From Bacilli bacterium (GTDB lineage Bacteria > Bacillota_I > Bacilli_A > RF39 > UBA660): a DNA stretch of 39,507 nucleotides. Below, piece by piece: positions 1-10,239 of the stretch. The position numbers and the translations under genes are program-made. The first letter of the stretch is position 1. Each line of letters starts with the position of its first letter. The notes under the pieces are model-generated. The model had not been told where the DNA came from. It was given only the letters and a program-made list of their open reading frames with translations, and searched no databases. Where the stretch lies: the NCBI GenBank assembly GCA_036658935.1, contig JAVXDN010000002.1:1-39507 (forward strand). Direction: 5' to 3'.

Positions 1-3
1 AGC

Positions 4-35
4 AAGAAGGAAAAAATAGACTTTTTCCTTCTTTT
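4..35 (+). terminator. Rho-independent terminator of an upstream (off-window) + strand gene
   Basis: Inverted repeat aagaaggaaaaa (4-15) / tttttccttctt (22-33) with a 6-nt loop, followed by a T-rich tail. Confidence 0.55.
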
Positions 36-36
36 G

Positions 37-45
37 TGTTATAAT
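37..45 (+). promoter_or_regulatory. Extended -10 promoter (TGtTATAAT) for ORF 72-599
   Basis: TGTTATAAT at 37-45, then RBS gaggggg at 57-64 and ATG at 72. Confidence 0.5.
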
Positions 46-71
46 ATGTATCAATTAGAGGGGGTCTAATT

Positions 72-599
72 ATGAATATCAATAAAAAAATCTTAAATTA
101 TTGTTTAAATATTTCTATACTTATAGTTATAATGGTTGGAACACTTCCACTTATGAACAATAAAACAATAGAAAACAATGCACAAATAGCATCGAGTTAT
201 TCTAAATTAAACACAGATAATTTAGATATTAAAATAGTGTCATCTCGTCCTGAAGCATTAAGTTATCCAGTATCAAATATTGAAGGATTAAGTAAACCTA
301 CAACATCATTAGATATATTAAACTTAAATAATGAAGATAAAACATATAATTTGTATTTAACAGTAGATTCATCTTCAACACTTGATATAAAATATATTAA
401 TATTAAAGCCACTGATTATATATCAAAACTAACTGATTTAAAACAAATAAAAAAGAACAATAAGACTTATTATTTAATAGATAGTTATAAAATAAAAGGA
501 AATTCAACATTAAATTATAATATATATATGTGGTTAGATAGTACATGTGGAAACTCAGAACAAAACAAAACACTAGAGTTTAATTATGAAATAGATTAA
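72..599 (+). CDS. N-terminally anchored/secreted protein of unknown function; its C-terminal region is related to the next ORF
   Basis: Good RBS and a hydrophobic N-terminus (ISILIVIMVGTLPL). The C-terminal motif YNIYMWLDSTCGNSEQNK aligns with YKVYIWEKSDALNTSQGK of ORF 692-1354. Confidence 0.6.
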   Translation: MNINKKILNYCLNISILIVIMVGTLPLMNNKTIENNAQIASSYSKLNTDNLDIKIVSSRPEALSYPVSNIEGLSKPTTSLDILNLNNEDKTYNLYLTVDSSSTLDIKYINIKATDYISKLTDLKQIKKNNKTYYLIDSYKIKGNSTLNYNIYMWLDSTCGNSEQNKTLEFNYEID

Positions 600-600
600 A

Positions 601-638
601 ATAAGACTTTATCATTTTACTAATGATAAAGTCTTATT
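601..638 (+). terminator. Strong hairpin terminator after ORF 72-599
   Basis: Perfect 16-bp inverted repeat ataagactttatcatt (601-616) / aatgataaagtcttat (622-637) with a 5-nt loop. The U-tract is weak. Confidence 0.6.
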
Positions 639-691
639 GCATTTAGTTGTATTTTATTATAAAATAAGTATAGAAAAATAGGTGGATTAAT

Positions 692-1354
692 ATGAATTTA
701 GAAAAACTATTAAAAAGAGAAATATTAATAACTGTAGTAACAGTAAGTATTATAGCACTAGGGTTCTTTGCATTTTCTTATGCATACTTTAAACAAACAG
801 ATACAGGAAAAACAAATGCAATAACATTTGGAGATATTAAATTAACATTTTGTAATGATACTTCATGTGAAACAACAGTACAAAATCTTGGAAGAACAAT
901 TGGAGTAACAACATCTGGAGGAGTAACAACACCAAATACAATATTACCATTAACCGATGCTGAAGGTTTAGCTACTGCACCATATATATTTAAAGTAACT
1001 AATACAGGTAATTTAAAATTAACCGCAAAAGTTATATTAGAACCGGACCTAACATTTGTAACAGGAATAGCAGGAAATGACCCGTTTGGAGTACCATATA
1101 GTAGTTATACAAGAGTAGCTGATGATCAAATGAAAATAGCAATAGTAGAAAACTCAGTAGCACCAACACCTGCAGATTCAATATTATATTCAACACTTAC
1201 AAATCGTGAAATTAAATCAGGAATTGTACTAAATCCAGGAGATATAAAAATATATAAAGTATATATTTGGGAAAAATCAGATGCCCTTAATACCTCACAA
1301 GGTAAATACTTTGTAACTAACATAAAAGTAGCTGGAGATTATATTCCAGAATAA
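692..1354 (+). CDS. TasA/camelysin-like secreted protein with a SipW-type signal peptide
   Basis: The N-terminus ...IIALGFFAFSYAYFKQTDTGKTNAITFGDIKLTF parallels the TasA-type signal/cleavage region (hydrophobic core, A-x-F, polar run, then T-F-x-x-G-x-L-x-L). The C-terminus has an N-x-S-Q-G-K motif as in camelysin-family proteins. Confidence 0.6.
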   Translation: MNLEKLLKREILITVVTVSIIALGFFAFSYAYFKQTDTGKTNAITFGDIKLTFCNDTSCETTVQNLGRTIGVTTSGGVTTPNTILPLTDAEGLATAPYIFKVTNTGNLKLTAKVILEPDLTFVTGIAGNDPFGVPYSSYTRVADDQMKIAIVENSVAPTPADSILYSTLTNREIKSGIVLNPGDIKIYKVYIWEKSDALNTSQGKYFVTNIKVAGDYIPE

Positions 1355-1387
1355 AAAAACATTTGGATTACTTATCTAAATGTTTTT
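1355..1387. terminator. Bidirectional terminator between convergent genes
   Basis: aaaaacattt(gga) / (tct)aaatgttttt: 10 perfect bp plus 3 further pairs, with an A-run on one side and a T-run on the other. It overlaps the 3' end of the minus-strand permease gene. Confidence 0.55.
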
Positions 1388-2156
1388 CTAATAATGAAAT
1401 AACTTTATACATAAATATAGATAAGAATAGTAGTAAAATAATTCCACTCATAACTAAATCTAAATTAAAAACTTGAGTACCATAAAGAATTAAATATCCA
1501 ATCCCTGCCTTTGAAGTTAAAAACTCTCCCATAATAACTCCTATCAAACACATAGATATATTTATTTTAAAAGAATTAATAATAACTTTTTTATTTTCAG
1601 GTATTATTGCATTTAATAATATTTGAAATTTACTAGCTTTAAAAGTTTTCAATAATTTAATCTTTAATTGACTAGTATTTTTAAATCCTATAAATATAGT
1701 TTGAATACTTACTATAATAGAAATTAAAACTGCCATTGTAACTATGCTTTTAGTATTCGCACCTATCCATATAATTATTATAGGACCTAAAGCAACTTTT
1801 GGTAAAGAATTAAACATAGTAAGATATGGATCAACTACTCTTGATAAAAATTCACTTTCATACAATAATATGGATATGAAAAATGATAATATACTAGTAA
1901 TACAAAAAGCTATAATAGTTTCATAAGAAGTAACCCAAATATGATGAAAAATGTTATTGTTTTTAAATAAATCAATTATGGTATATACAATTTTAGAAGG
2001 ACTACTACTAATAAAAGAATTAATTATTTCCTCTCTAGCTAAAAATTCCCAAGATATAATGAAAACTACACTAATCATAATTTGAAACATAAATATAATA
2101 AATTTTTTAAATTTAACATTATTTATGTATTTTTTTTGTTCATTACTCATCATCAT
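1368..2156 (-). CDS. ABC transporter permease (NitT/TauT, nitrate/sulfonate/HMP-type)
   Basis: Polytopic membrane protein with a BPD-transporter-like loop (LPKVALGPIIIIWIG). It is last in the SBP-ATPase-permease operon. The start is ambiguous: ATG triplet at 2150-2156, or 2180 in the ORF track. It overlaps the ATPase stop. Confidence 0.8.
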   Translation of the reverse strand: MMMSNEQKKYINNVKFKKFIIFMFQIMISVVFIISWEFLAREEIINSFISSSPSKIVYTIIDLFKNNNIFHHIWVTSYETIIAFCITSILSFFISILLYESEFLSRVVDPYLTMFNSLPKVALGPIIIIWIGANTKSIVTMAVLISIIVSIQTIFIGFKNTSQLKIKLLKTFKASKFQILLNAIIPENKKVIINSFKINISMCLIGVIMGEFLTSKAGIGYLILYGTQVFNLDLVMSGIILLLFLSIFMYKVISLLEKHLDK

Positions 2157-2901
2157 CAATATCCTTCCATAAAATATCATAATAACTAGCGAATTCCGGA
2201 GCTTTTCTATTATGGATAGGATTCTTTTTATCAGTTAATTTAATTTCATAAATATTTTTTATTTTAGAAGGTCTTTTTGATAAAACTATAATTCTCTTTG
2301 AAATACTAATCGCTTCTGAAATATCATGAGTAACAATAATAGTAGTCTTCTTTTCTTCTTTTATAATATTATACACGTCATCAGTTACCTTTAACCTAGA
2401 AACATAATCCAACTTAGAGAAAGCCTCATCAAGTAGTAATAAATCCGGTTTAGTTGCAAGAGTTCTAATAAGTGAAACTCTCTGTCTCATACCACCAGAT
2501 AAACTAGTTGGCTTTTTATACATAAAATCTTTTAAACCATATTTAATTAATAAAGACTTAACATAATTTATACTTTCTATTGTAACCTCATGTTTAATTT
2601 TTAAACCTATTAAAGCATTATCAAGAACATTTAAAAAATCAAATAAAGCATCTTCTTGCAACATATATCCAACTTTAATATTATCTTTAAAATCAACTGT
2701 ACCATTGTAATCATTATCAAGACCAGCTAAAATATTTAAAATAGTGCTTTTTCCACACCCACTAGTCCCTATAATAGATATAAATTCTCCCTCTTTAACA
2801 CTTAAATTAAAATTCTCAATAGCATTAACCTCACCAGATAAACTATGATATACTTTAGATAAATTCTTAACTTCAAGAATATTATTTTTCATTAAACTCA
2901 T
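2143..2901 (-). CDS. ABC transporter ATP-binding protein
   Basis: Walker A GTSGCGKST, ABC signature LSGGMRQR, Walker B LLLLDEAFSKLD, H-loop VTHD. Confidence 0.92.
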   Translation of the reverse strand: MSLMKNNILEVKNLSKVYHSLSGEVNAIENFNLSVKEGEFISIIGTSGCGKSTILNILAGLDNDYNGTVDFKDNIKVGYMLQEDALFDFLNVLDNALIGLKIKHEVTIESINYVKSLLIKYGLKDFMYKKPTSLSGGMRQRVSLIRTLATKPDLLLLDEAFSKLDYVSRLKVTDDVYNIIKEEKKTTIIVTHDISEAISISKRIIVLSKRPSKIKNIYEIKLTDKKNPIHNRKAPEFASYYDILWKDIDDDE

Positions 2902-3880
2902 TAGTTACAAGCTTATCAAAACTAACATCCTTATCTAAAGCATTATTGTATTTCATAATTTCTTTTAAAGTATTAAAAGCATCCTCTTCAACATAAGTAT
3001 TATCCCACCAAGAGTCATTATCCTTATATCTTTTTACTATTAAAGTTAAATCTTCTTTACTAATAGAAGGAAACTCAGCCTTAATAACTTCGCTGATTTT
3101 TTGTGCACTATTATTTTTAACAAAAGCTAACCCTCTATTTATAGCTTTAACAAATTTTCTTAAAACATCTTTATTATCATTAATATAACTTTTTCTTGAA
3201 AAGAAAGTAGTATAAGGAACCTCTCCAGACATTCTACCAATACTAGATAATACACATCCATACTTTTCTTTTTCTAAAGTTAGAGCAGTAGGTTCAAATA
3301 AATTAACATATTCTCCTTCTCCTGAAATAAACGCTCCACTTAGAGAAGCAAAATCCACACTAGAATTAATATTTACATCTTTTGGATTAATACCATTTTT
3401 ATATAAACCATAAGTAAAAACCATTAAAGGCATACCACCAACTCTACCAGCTAAAACATTCTTAGAAATTAAATTTTTCACATCAAAATTATCTTTCTCA
3501 TTACAACTTCCAACTAAGAATTGTCCATCTCTTTTTGTAAGAGAAGCAAAAGTTTTAACATAATCTTTTTCACCATTATTATAAACATAGAAACTAGCCT
3601 CAGCTCCAGCTAAACCAATATCAACATCTTTACTTAACACAGCAGCAGTAGTCTTATCCGCTCCAGAAGTTAAAATAATTTCAATATCAATACCCTCATC
3701 TAAAAAATATCCATTTTCTTTCGCAACATACCAAGGACTATAAAAAACAGAATGAGTTACTTCAGCAACACTAATTTTAATATTATTACTTTTATTATTT
3801 TCCCTAACTTTAATAATACCAATAATCAATAATGAAAATATAATAATACTAAATAAAAACACAATAATTTTATTCTTCAT
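2882..3880 (-). CDS. ABC transporter substrate-binding protein (NMT1/THI5-like, NitT/TauT family)
   Basis: N-terminal membrane anchor, then a periplasmic-binding fold typical of NMT1/ThiY-like SBPs (SPWYVAKENGYF, GADKTTAAVLSKDVDIGLAG). It is first in the operon and overlaps the ATPase start. Confidence 0.75.
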   Translation of the reverse strand: MKNKIIVFLFSIIIFSLLIIGIIKVRENNKSNNIKISVAEVTHSVFYSPWYVAKENGYFLDEGIDIEIILTSGADKTTAAVLSKDVDIGLAGAEASFYVYNNGEKDYVKTFASLTKRDGQFLVGSCNEKDNFDVKNLISKNVLAGRVGGMPLMVFTYGLYKNGINPKDVNINSSVDFASLSGAFISGEGEYVNLFEPTALTLEKEKYGCVLSSIGRMSGEVPYTTFFSRKSYINDNKDVLRKFVKAINRGLAFVKNNSAQKISEVIKAEFPSISKEDLTLIVKRYKDNDSWWDNTYVEEDAFNTLKEIMKYNNALDKDVSFDKLVTNEFNEK

Positions 3881-4007
3881 ACTTCCTCACTTTCTATATC
3901 TAGTATATTCTATTAGAAACTATAAGTGAAACTAACAACATAGATAAAAAAAATAAAATTTTATAATCAGCCTTAAAACTATTGACGTGTACATTACACT
4001 CTATTTT

Positions 4008-4016
4008 TGGTATAAT
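4008..4016 (+). promoter_or_regulatory. Extended -10 promoter (TGgTATAAT)
   Basis: TGGTATAAT at 4008-4016, followed by RBS gaggtgaag and ATG at 4038. It lies inside the ORF-track extension that starts at 3987, which argues for the downstream start. Confidence 0.55.
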
Positions 4017-4037
4017 TTAAACTATGAGGTGAAGTTA

Positions 4038-5039
4038 ATGAAAAAATTTTTTAAATCATTTGGAATATTTTTATCAGTAATATTAAGTATGATACTTGTA
4101 TGCTTGATAATAAGTTTTGTAATTTTAATAAATACTAATAAATTTTTAACTCCTGAGTTTATTACTTCTTCAGTCAATAATATAGATATAAAAGAAATAG
4201 TAAAAACAAATAATGAATTAAAATTTGTTTATGATGAAGCATTAAAATATGAAATTAAACCAGAAGTAGTAGATGAAGTATTATCATCTTCTAAATTAAA
4301 AGAAAATATAGCAAAAAGATTGTATTCAAAAATAGATAATATTAATATAGAGAACACTTCAAATCAAATAAAAAAAGAAGACTTACTAAAACTAACTGAT
4401 GAAGTAATAAATGATATAAATAAAAATGAAATTAAAGTATCAGTTTATGAAAGAAGTCAAATAACAAACTTGATAAATGATAACAGTGATACAATAATTA
4501 AATATATAGATAAAACAGATAAAAGTAGTATTTCATTAGAACCTTCAACACTTCAAAAATTATATAAATTATTTGGAAGTAATATACAAATAATACTTAT
4601 CCTTATAGTACTCGCTGTCATTCTACTAATAGCATTATTTACCTTATCTATATATAAATGGATGTATTATGTAGGTGTAGCTTCTATATCTTCAGGAACT
4701 ATATTAACTATATTTGGGATATCTTCTTCATCAATAGTAAATTTATTTGATAAAGAACTATCCACTAGCTGGCTTAGTGCAATAGACAGCTTTATGCATC
4801 CTTTAGGCGAACATTTTATAATACTAGGATTAATTCTATTAGGAATAGGTTTTGCTTTGATGCTAGGCGCTATTATAATAGATCACATAATAAGTAAAAA
4901 TGAAAAAGCATATATAAATAAAGACTTTTTAGAAACTCCAACACATAAAAAAAACGAACTAACATTTGAAAAAGATATTGCTCTTGAACAAAAGATAGAA
5001 CAAATACAAAAGAAAAAGAAAACAAGAAAAAGTAAATAA
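4038..5039 (+). CDS. Membrane protein of unknown function (N-terminal TM, coiled/charged ectodomain, C-terminal TM cluster, Lys-rich tail)
   Basis: Start trimmed to the ATG at 4038 (MKKFFKSF...), which has an RBS. Several hydrophobic segments. Confidence 0.65.
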   Translation: MKKFFKSFGIFLSVILSMILVCLIISFVILINTNKFLTPEFITSSVNNIDIKEIVKTNNELKFVYDEALKYEIKPEVVDEVLSSSKLKENIAKRLYSKIDNINIENTSNQIKKEDLLKLTDEVINDINKNEIKVSVYERSQITNLINDNSDTIIKYIDKTDKSSISLEPSTLQKLYKLFGSNIQIILILIVLAVILLIALFTLSIYKWMYYVGVASISSGTILTIFGISSSSIVNLFDKELSTSWLSAIDSFMHPLGEHFIILGLILLGIGFALMLGAIIIDHIISKNEKAYINKDFLETPTHKKNELTFEKDIALEQKIEQIQKKKKTRKSK

Positions 5040-5051
5040 AAGGAGGAACTT

Positions 5052-5525
5052 ATGAACATAATTTATTTAGGAGAAGAATTAACTAATTTTAATAATTCAA
5101 TTATGCTCTTAGGCCCTTCACCAAGAATAGATTTAACTCACTCCTGGAGAGAAAATGCATTATCAATACTAGAAAAACTAAACTTTAAAGGAACTGTAAT
5201 TATTCCTGAATTTAGAAATAAAGAATCTTACATAGGAAAATTATTAGATTGGAATATATTATGTGCAACTTCATGTACATTAAAAGTATTCTGGGTACCT
5301 AGAAGCTTACCTAATTATCCAGGATATTCAACCAATGTAGAGTTTGGATATTTTATAGATAAAGGTCCTATACTTTATGGAAGACCAGATAATTCACTTG
5401 AAACTTCATATTTAGATTTTATGTATAAAAGTGTCTTGAATAAAAAACCTATAAACAATTTAGAGGAATTATTAAGTACAGCAAAGAATTTAATAGAGGA
5501 GAAAACAAATGATAAAATTAAATGA
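5052..5525 (+). CDS. Nucleoside 2-deoxyribosyltransferase-like protein (Nuc_deoxyri_tr2-type)
   Basis: Motifs SIMLLGPSPR, SWRENALSIL, GTVIIPEF, VFWVPRSLPNYPGYSTNVEFGYF match what I recall of this family. RBS aaggagg. The 3' end overlaps pcrA by 17 nt. Confidence 0.6.
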   Translation: MNIIYLGEELTNFNNSIMLLGPSPRIDLTHSWRENALSILEKLNFKGTVIIPEFRNKESYIGKLLDWNILCATSCTLKVFWVPRSLPNYPGYSTNVEFGYFIDKGPILYGRPDNSLETSYLDFMYKSVLNKKPINNLEELLSTAKNLIEEKTNDKIK

Positions 5526-7593
5526 TAAACAGACATTAGCAGTAAACCATACAGAAGGACCTTGCTTAGTCTTAGCAGGCGCTGGATCTGGTAAAACAAA
5601 AGTACTAACAGAACGTATAGTTAAATTAATAAACGATGGAATAAATCCAAATAACATTTTAGCTATTACATTTACTAATAAAGCAGCTAAAGAAATGAAG
5701 AAAAGAATAACTTTAAGAATAGGAGATATTTCTTCATCAATATATATAGGAACATTTCATTCATTTGGATTAAAAGTATTAAGAGAAAATTATGCTTCTA
5801 TTGGATATAAAAAGAATATGACAATACTAGATAGAGATGACACAAGTAGTATAATAAAAAGAATAGTAAAAGAATTAAATCTAGATAAAGATGAATATAC
5901 ACCAGGATATATTTTAAATAAAATATCATTTGCAAAAAACGAAGGATTAACTCCTGAAGAATATGCTCCTTATATGAAAAATAAAATAGATGATAATGTA
6001 GTTAAAATATATGAAAATTATGATAGAATGCTAAAAGAAAATAACTCTCTTGATTTTGATGACTTACTAACTTTACCTGTAACTTTATTTAAAAAAGATA
6101 AAGAAGCATTAGAAAAATATCAAGAACATTATAAATATATATTAGTAGATGAATATCAAGATACTAACCAAGTACAATATGAACTATGCAAACTTCTAGC
6201 ACACAAATATAAAAATATATTTGTAGTAGGTGATGTAGATCAAAGTATATATGCATGGCGTTATGCTAACTATGAAAACATATTAAACTTTGAAAAAGAT
6301 TACAAAACAACAGAAGTTATTATTTTAGAACAAAACTATAGAAGCACTAAAAGTATATTAGATGCTGCAAACTCAGTTATAAAAAACAATACAAAAAGAA
6401 AAGAAAAAAGTTTATGGAGTGAACTCGGTGATGGAGAAAAAATAGAATATATAATAACTGATAATGAAAAAGAAGAAGCAAAATATATATCTAGAGAAAC
6501 AAAGAACTTAATGGATAAAGGATATGAACTAGATAATATTGGAGTACTTTATAGAACAAATGCTCAAAGTAGAGTAATAGAAGAAGAATTCTTAAAAGAA
6601 AATATACCATTTAAAATAGTAGGAAGTTATTACTTCTATAATAGAAAAGAAATAAAAGATTTAATTTCATACTTAAATCTAATATATAATACAAGTGATA
6701 CAGTAAGCTTAGAAAGAGTAATCAACGTACCTAAAAGAGGTATAGGAACTAAAACAATAGAAAACCTAAGAAATAAATCAAATGAATTAAACTTATCAAT
6801 GTTTGAATCAATTGAAGGTGGAAAAGAAGAAGACTTTAAAAAAATAGTATTAGAACTAATAGAAGATTCTAAATCATTAAGCTTAACTCAAATAGTAGAT
6901 GATGTATTATCTAAAACAGGAATGAAAAAAGAATTGGAAATCGCTGCAGACCTAGAAAGCGAAATAAGATTAGAAAACCTAGAAGAATTTAAAAGTATAA
7001 CCGCTTCTTTTGAAGAAAGAGGAATATATACATTAGAAGAATTTTTAGAAAATATAGCATTAGTAAGTGATATGAGAGAATATAGAGAAAATGAAAATGG
7101 AGTTCAATTAATGACCCTTCATTCAGCTAAAGGACTAGAATTTGACGCAGTGTTTTTAGTAGGAATGGAAGAAGGAATATTCCCACATTATAGATCACAA
7201 GAAAGTGAAGATGAACTAGAAGAAGAAAGAAGACTATGTTACGTAGGAATGACAAGAGCTAAAAAAGCATTATACTTACTAAATGCAAAGAAAAGAATGC
7301 TATTTGGAAAAACCACTTGTAACATGCCAAGTAGATTCATTTCAGAAATAGATAAAAACTTATTACATACAACAAGTGCAATAAATAAAACAATATCATC
7401 TAAAACATTTGTACCTAACATGTATGAAGAAGATAGAAATGATACTTTACGCACTGGAGATAAAGTAACACATGCATTATTCGGAGAAGGAATAGTTGTA
7501 GGTATAAATGGAAGCATAGCATCTATTGCATTTGAACATAATGTAGGAATAAAACAAATAGCAAAAGATCATAAAAGCTTAAATAAAAAGTAA
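5509..7593 (+). CDS. pcrA: ATP-dependent DNA helicase PcrA (UvrD/Rep superfamily 1)
   Basis: Helicase motifs AGAGSGKT (I), DEYQDTN (II), GDVDQSIYAWRYA (III), TLHSAKGLEF (V), CYVGMTRAK (VI). Located immediately upstream of ligA, as in Bacilli. Confidence 0.93.
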   Translation: MIKLNDKQTLAVNHTEGPCLVLAGAGSGKTKVLTERIVKLINDGINPNNILAITFTNKAAKEMKKRITLRIGDISSSIYIGTFHSFGLKVLRENYASIGYKKNMTILDRDDTSSIIKRIVKELNLDKDEYTPGYILNKISFAKNEGLTPEEYAPYMKNKIDDNVVKIYENYDRMLKENNSLDFDDLLTLPVTLFKKDKEALEKYQEHYKYILVDEYQDTNQVQYELCKLLAHKYKNIFVVGDVDQSIYAWRYANYENILNFEKDYKTTEVIILEQNYRSTKSILDAANSVIKNNTKRKEKSLWSELGDGEKIEYIITDNEKEEAKYISRETKNLMDKGYELDNIGVLYRTNAQSRVIEEEFLKENIPFKIVGSYYFYNRKEIKDLISYLNLIYNTSDTVSLERVINVPKRGIGTKTIENLRNKSNELNLSMFESIEGGKEEDFKKIVLELIEDSKSLSLTQIVDDVLSKTGMKKELEIAADLESEIRLENLEEFKSITASFEERGIYTLEEFLENIALVSDMREYRENENGVQLMTLHSAKGLEFDAVFLVGMEEGIFPHYRSQESEDELEEERRLCYVGMTRAKKALYLLNAKKRMLFGKTTCNMPSRFISEIDKNLLHTTSAINKTISSKTFVPNMYEEDRNDTLRTGDKVTHALFGEGIVVGINGSIASIAFEHNVGIKQIAKDHKSLNKK

Positions 7594-7682
7594 TCAATAA
7601 AATGATTATTTTTTATTAAAAAAATAAGATATATCTTTATAAAACATCTTATATTTTGTATAATATTAATAGGAGAAAATAA

Positions 7683-9647
<1,965 letters not shown>

Positions 9648-9648
9648 T

Positions 9649-9684
9649 ATACAAGAAATAAGTAAAGTGTTTCTTGTATTTTTA
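9649..9684 (+). terminator. Rho-independent terminator after ligA
   Basis: Perfect 10-bp stem atacaagaaa (9649-9658) / tttcttgtat (9670-9679), then TTTT. Confidence 0.7.
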
Positions 9685-9751
9685 TATATTAATTGTAAAG
9701 TAGAAAATATGAATATAATATAGTATAATATATAATATTGAGGTGAAAGAA

Positions 9752-10222
9752 ATGAAAAAATTATTTAAAGAAAACAAAATATTATTTATTTTAGGAGCTG
9801 TTATATTTATAAGTATTATAGTGATTATAGTATGTATGTTTATATATTTCTTTGGAAAAGATGCTAATAAATATGGAAATAGATTAAATGGAATAGAAAG
9901 TGTTGAAATATCAAAAGATAATGAAACTAAATTAAATAATTTATATAAAGATAATAAATCTGTAAATAAAGTAAACTATAACTTAAAAGGTAAAATTATA
10001 TATATAACTATTGAATTAAAAGAAGTACTAAAGTTAGAAGATGCTAAAAGTTTAGCTGTTAAATCTTTAGAAGTATTTAGTGATGAAGTTAAAGCTTATT
10101 ATGATATTTCATATACTATAAATGTACTAGATAATAAGGATAATAAATTATATCCAACACAAGGATATAAAAATAATTCATCCGCTCAAATAGTTTGGGT
10201 AAAACCAAATACGCAAGAATAA
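9752..10222 (+). CDS. Small N-terminally anchored protein, unknown function
   Basis: The ATG at 9752 follows RBS gaggtga. The ORF-track GTG start at 9743 lies inside that RBS. One TM segment. Confidence 0.6.
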   Translation: MKKLFKENKILFILGAVIFISIIVIIVCMFIYFFGKDANKYGNRLNGIESVEISKDNETKLNNLYKDNKSVNKVNYNLKGKIIYITIELKEVLKLEDAKSLAVKSLEVFSDEVKAYYDISYTINVLDNKDNKLYPTQGYKNNSSAQIVWVKPNTQE

Positions 10223-10239
10223 AGAAAAGAGTGAAATAA

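Noticed and set aside
3881-3986. TPP or other riboswitch upstream of the NMT1/ThiY-like ABC importer operon.
   Set aside because: Read on the minus strand, the 5' leader is short and AT-rich with no conserved riboswitch core (no CUGAGA-type element).
3987-4037. Longer N-terminal extensions given by the ORF track. The coordinates here are for ORF 3987. The same applies to starts at 9743, 15201, 28788 and 35880.
   Set aside because: The extensions contain the promoter -10 boxes or the RBS itself. Downstream ATGs with properly spaced RBS give typical MKK-type signal or anchor N-termini.
7624-7664. Terminator plus promoter between pcrA and ligA (ataagat/atcttat hairpin and TATAAT at 7659-7664).
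   Set aside because: The stem is only 7 bp with a 15-nt loop in very AT-rich sequence. It is too weak to list as a feature, and pcrA-ligA may simply be co-transcribed.
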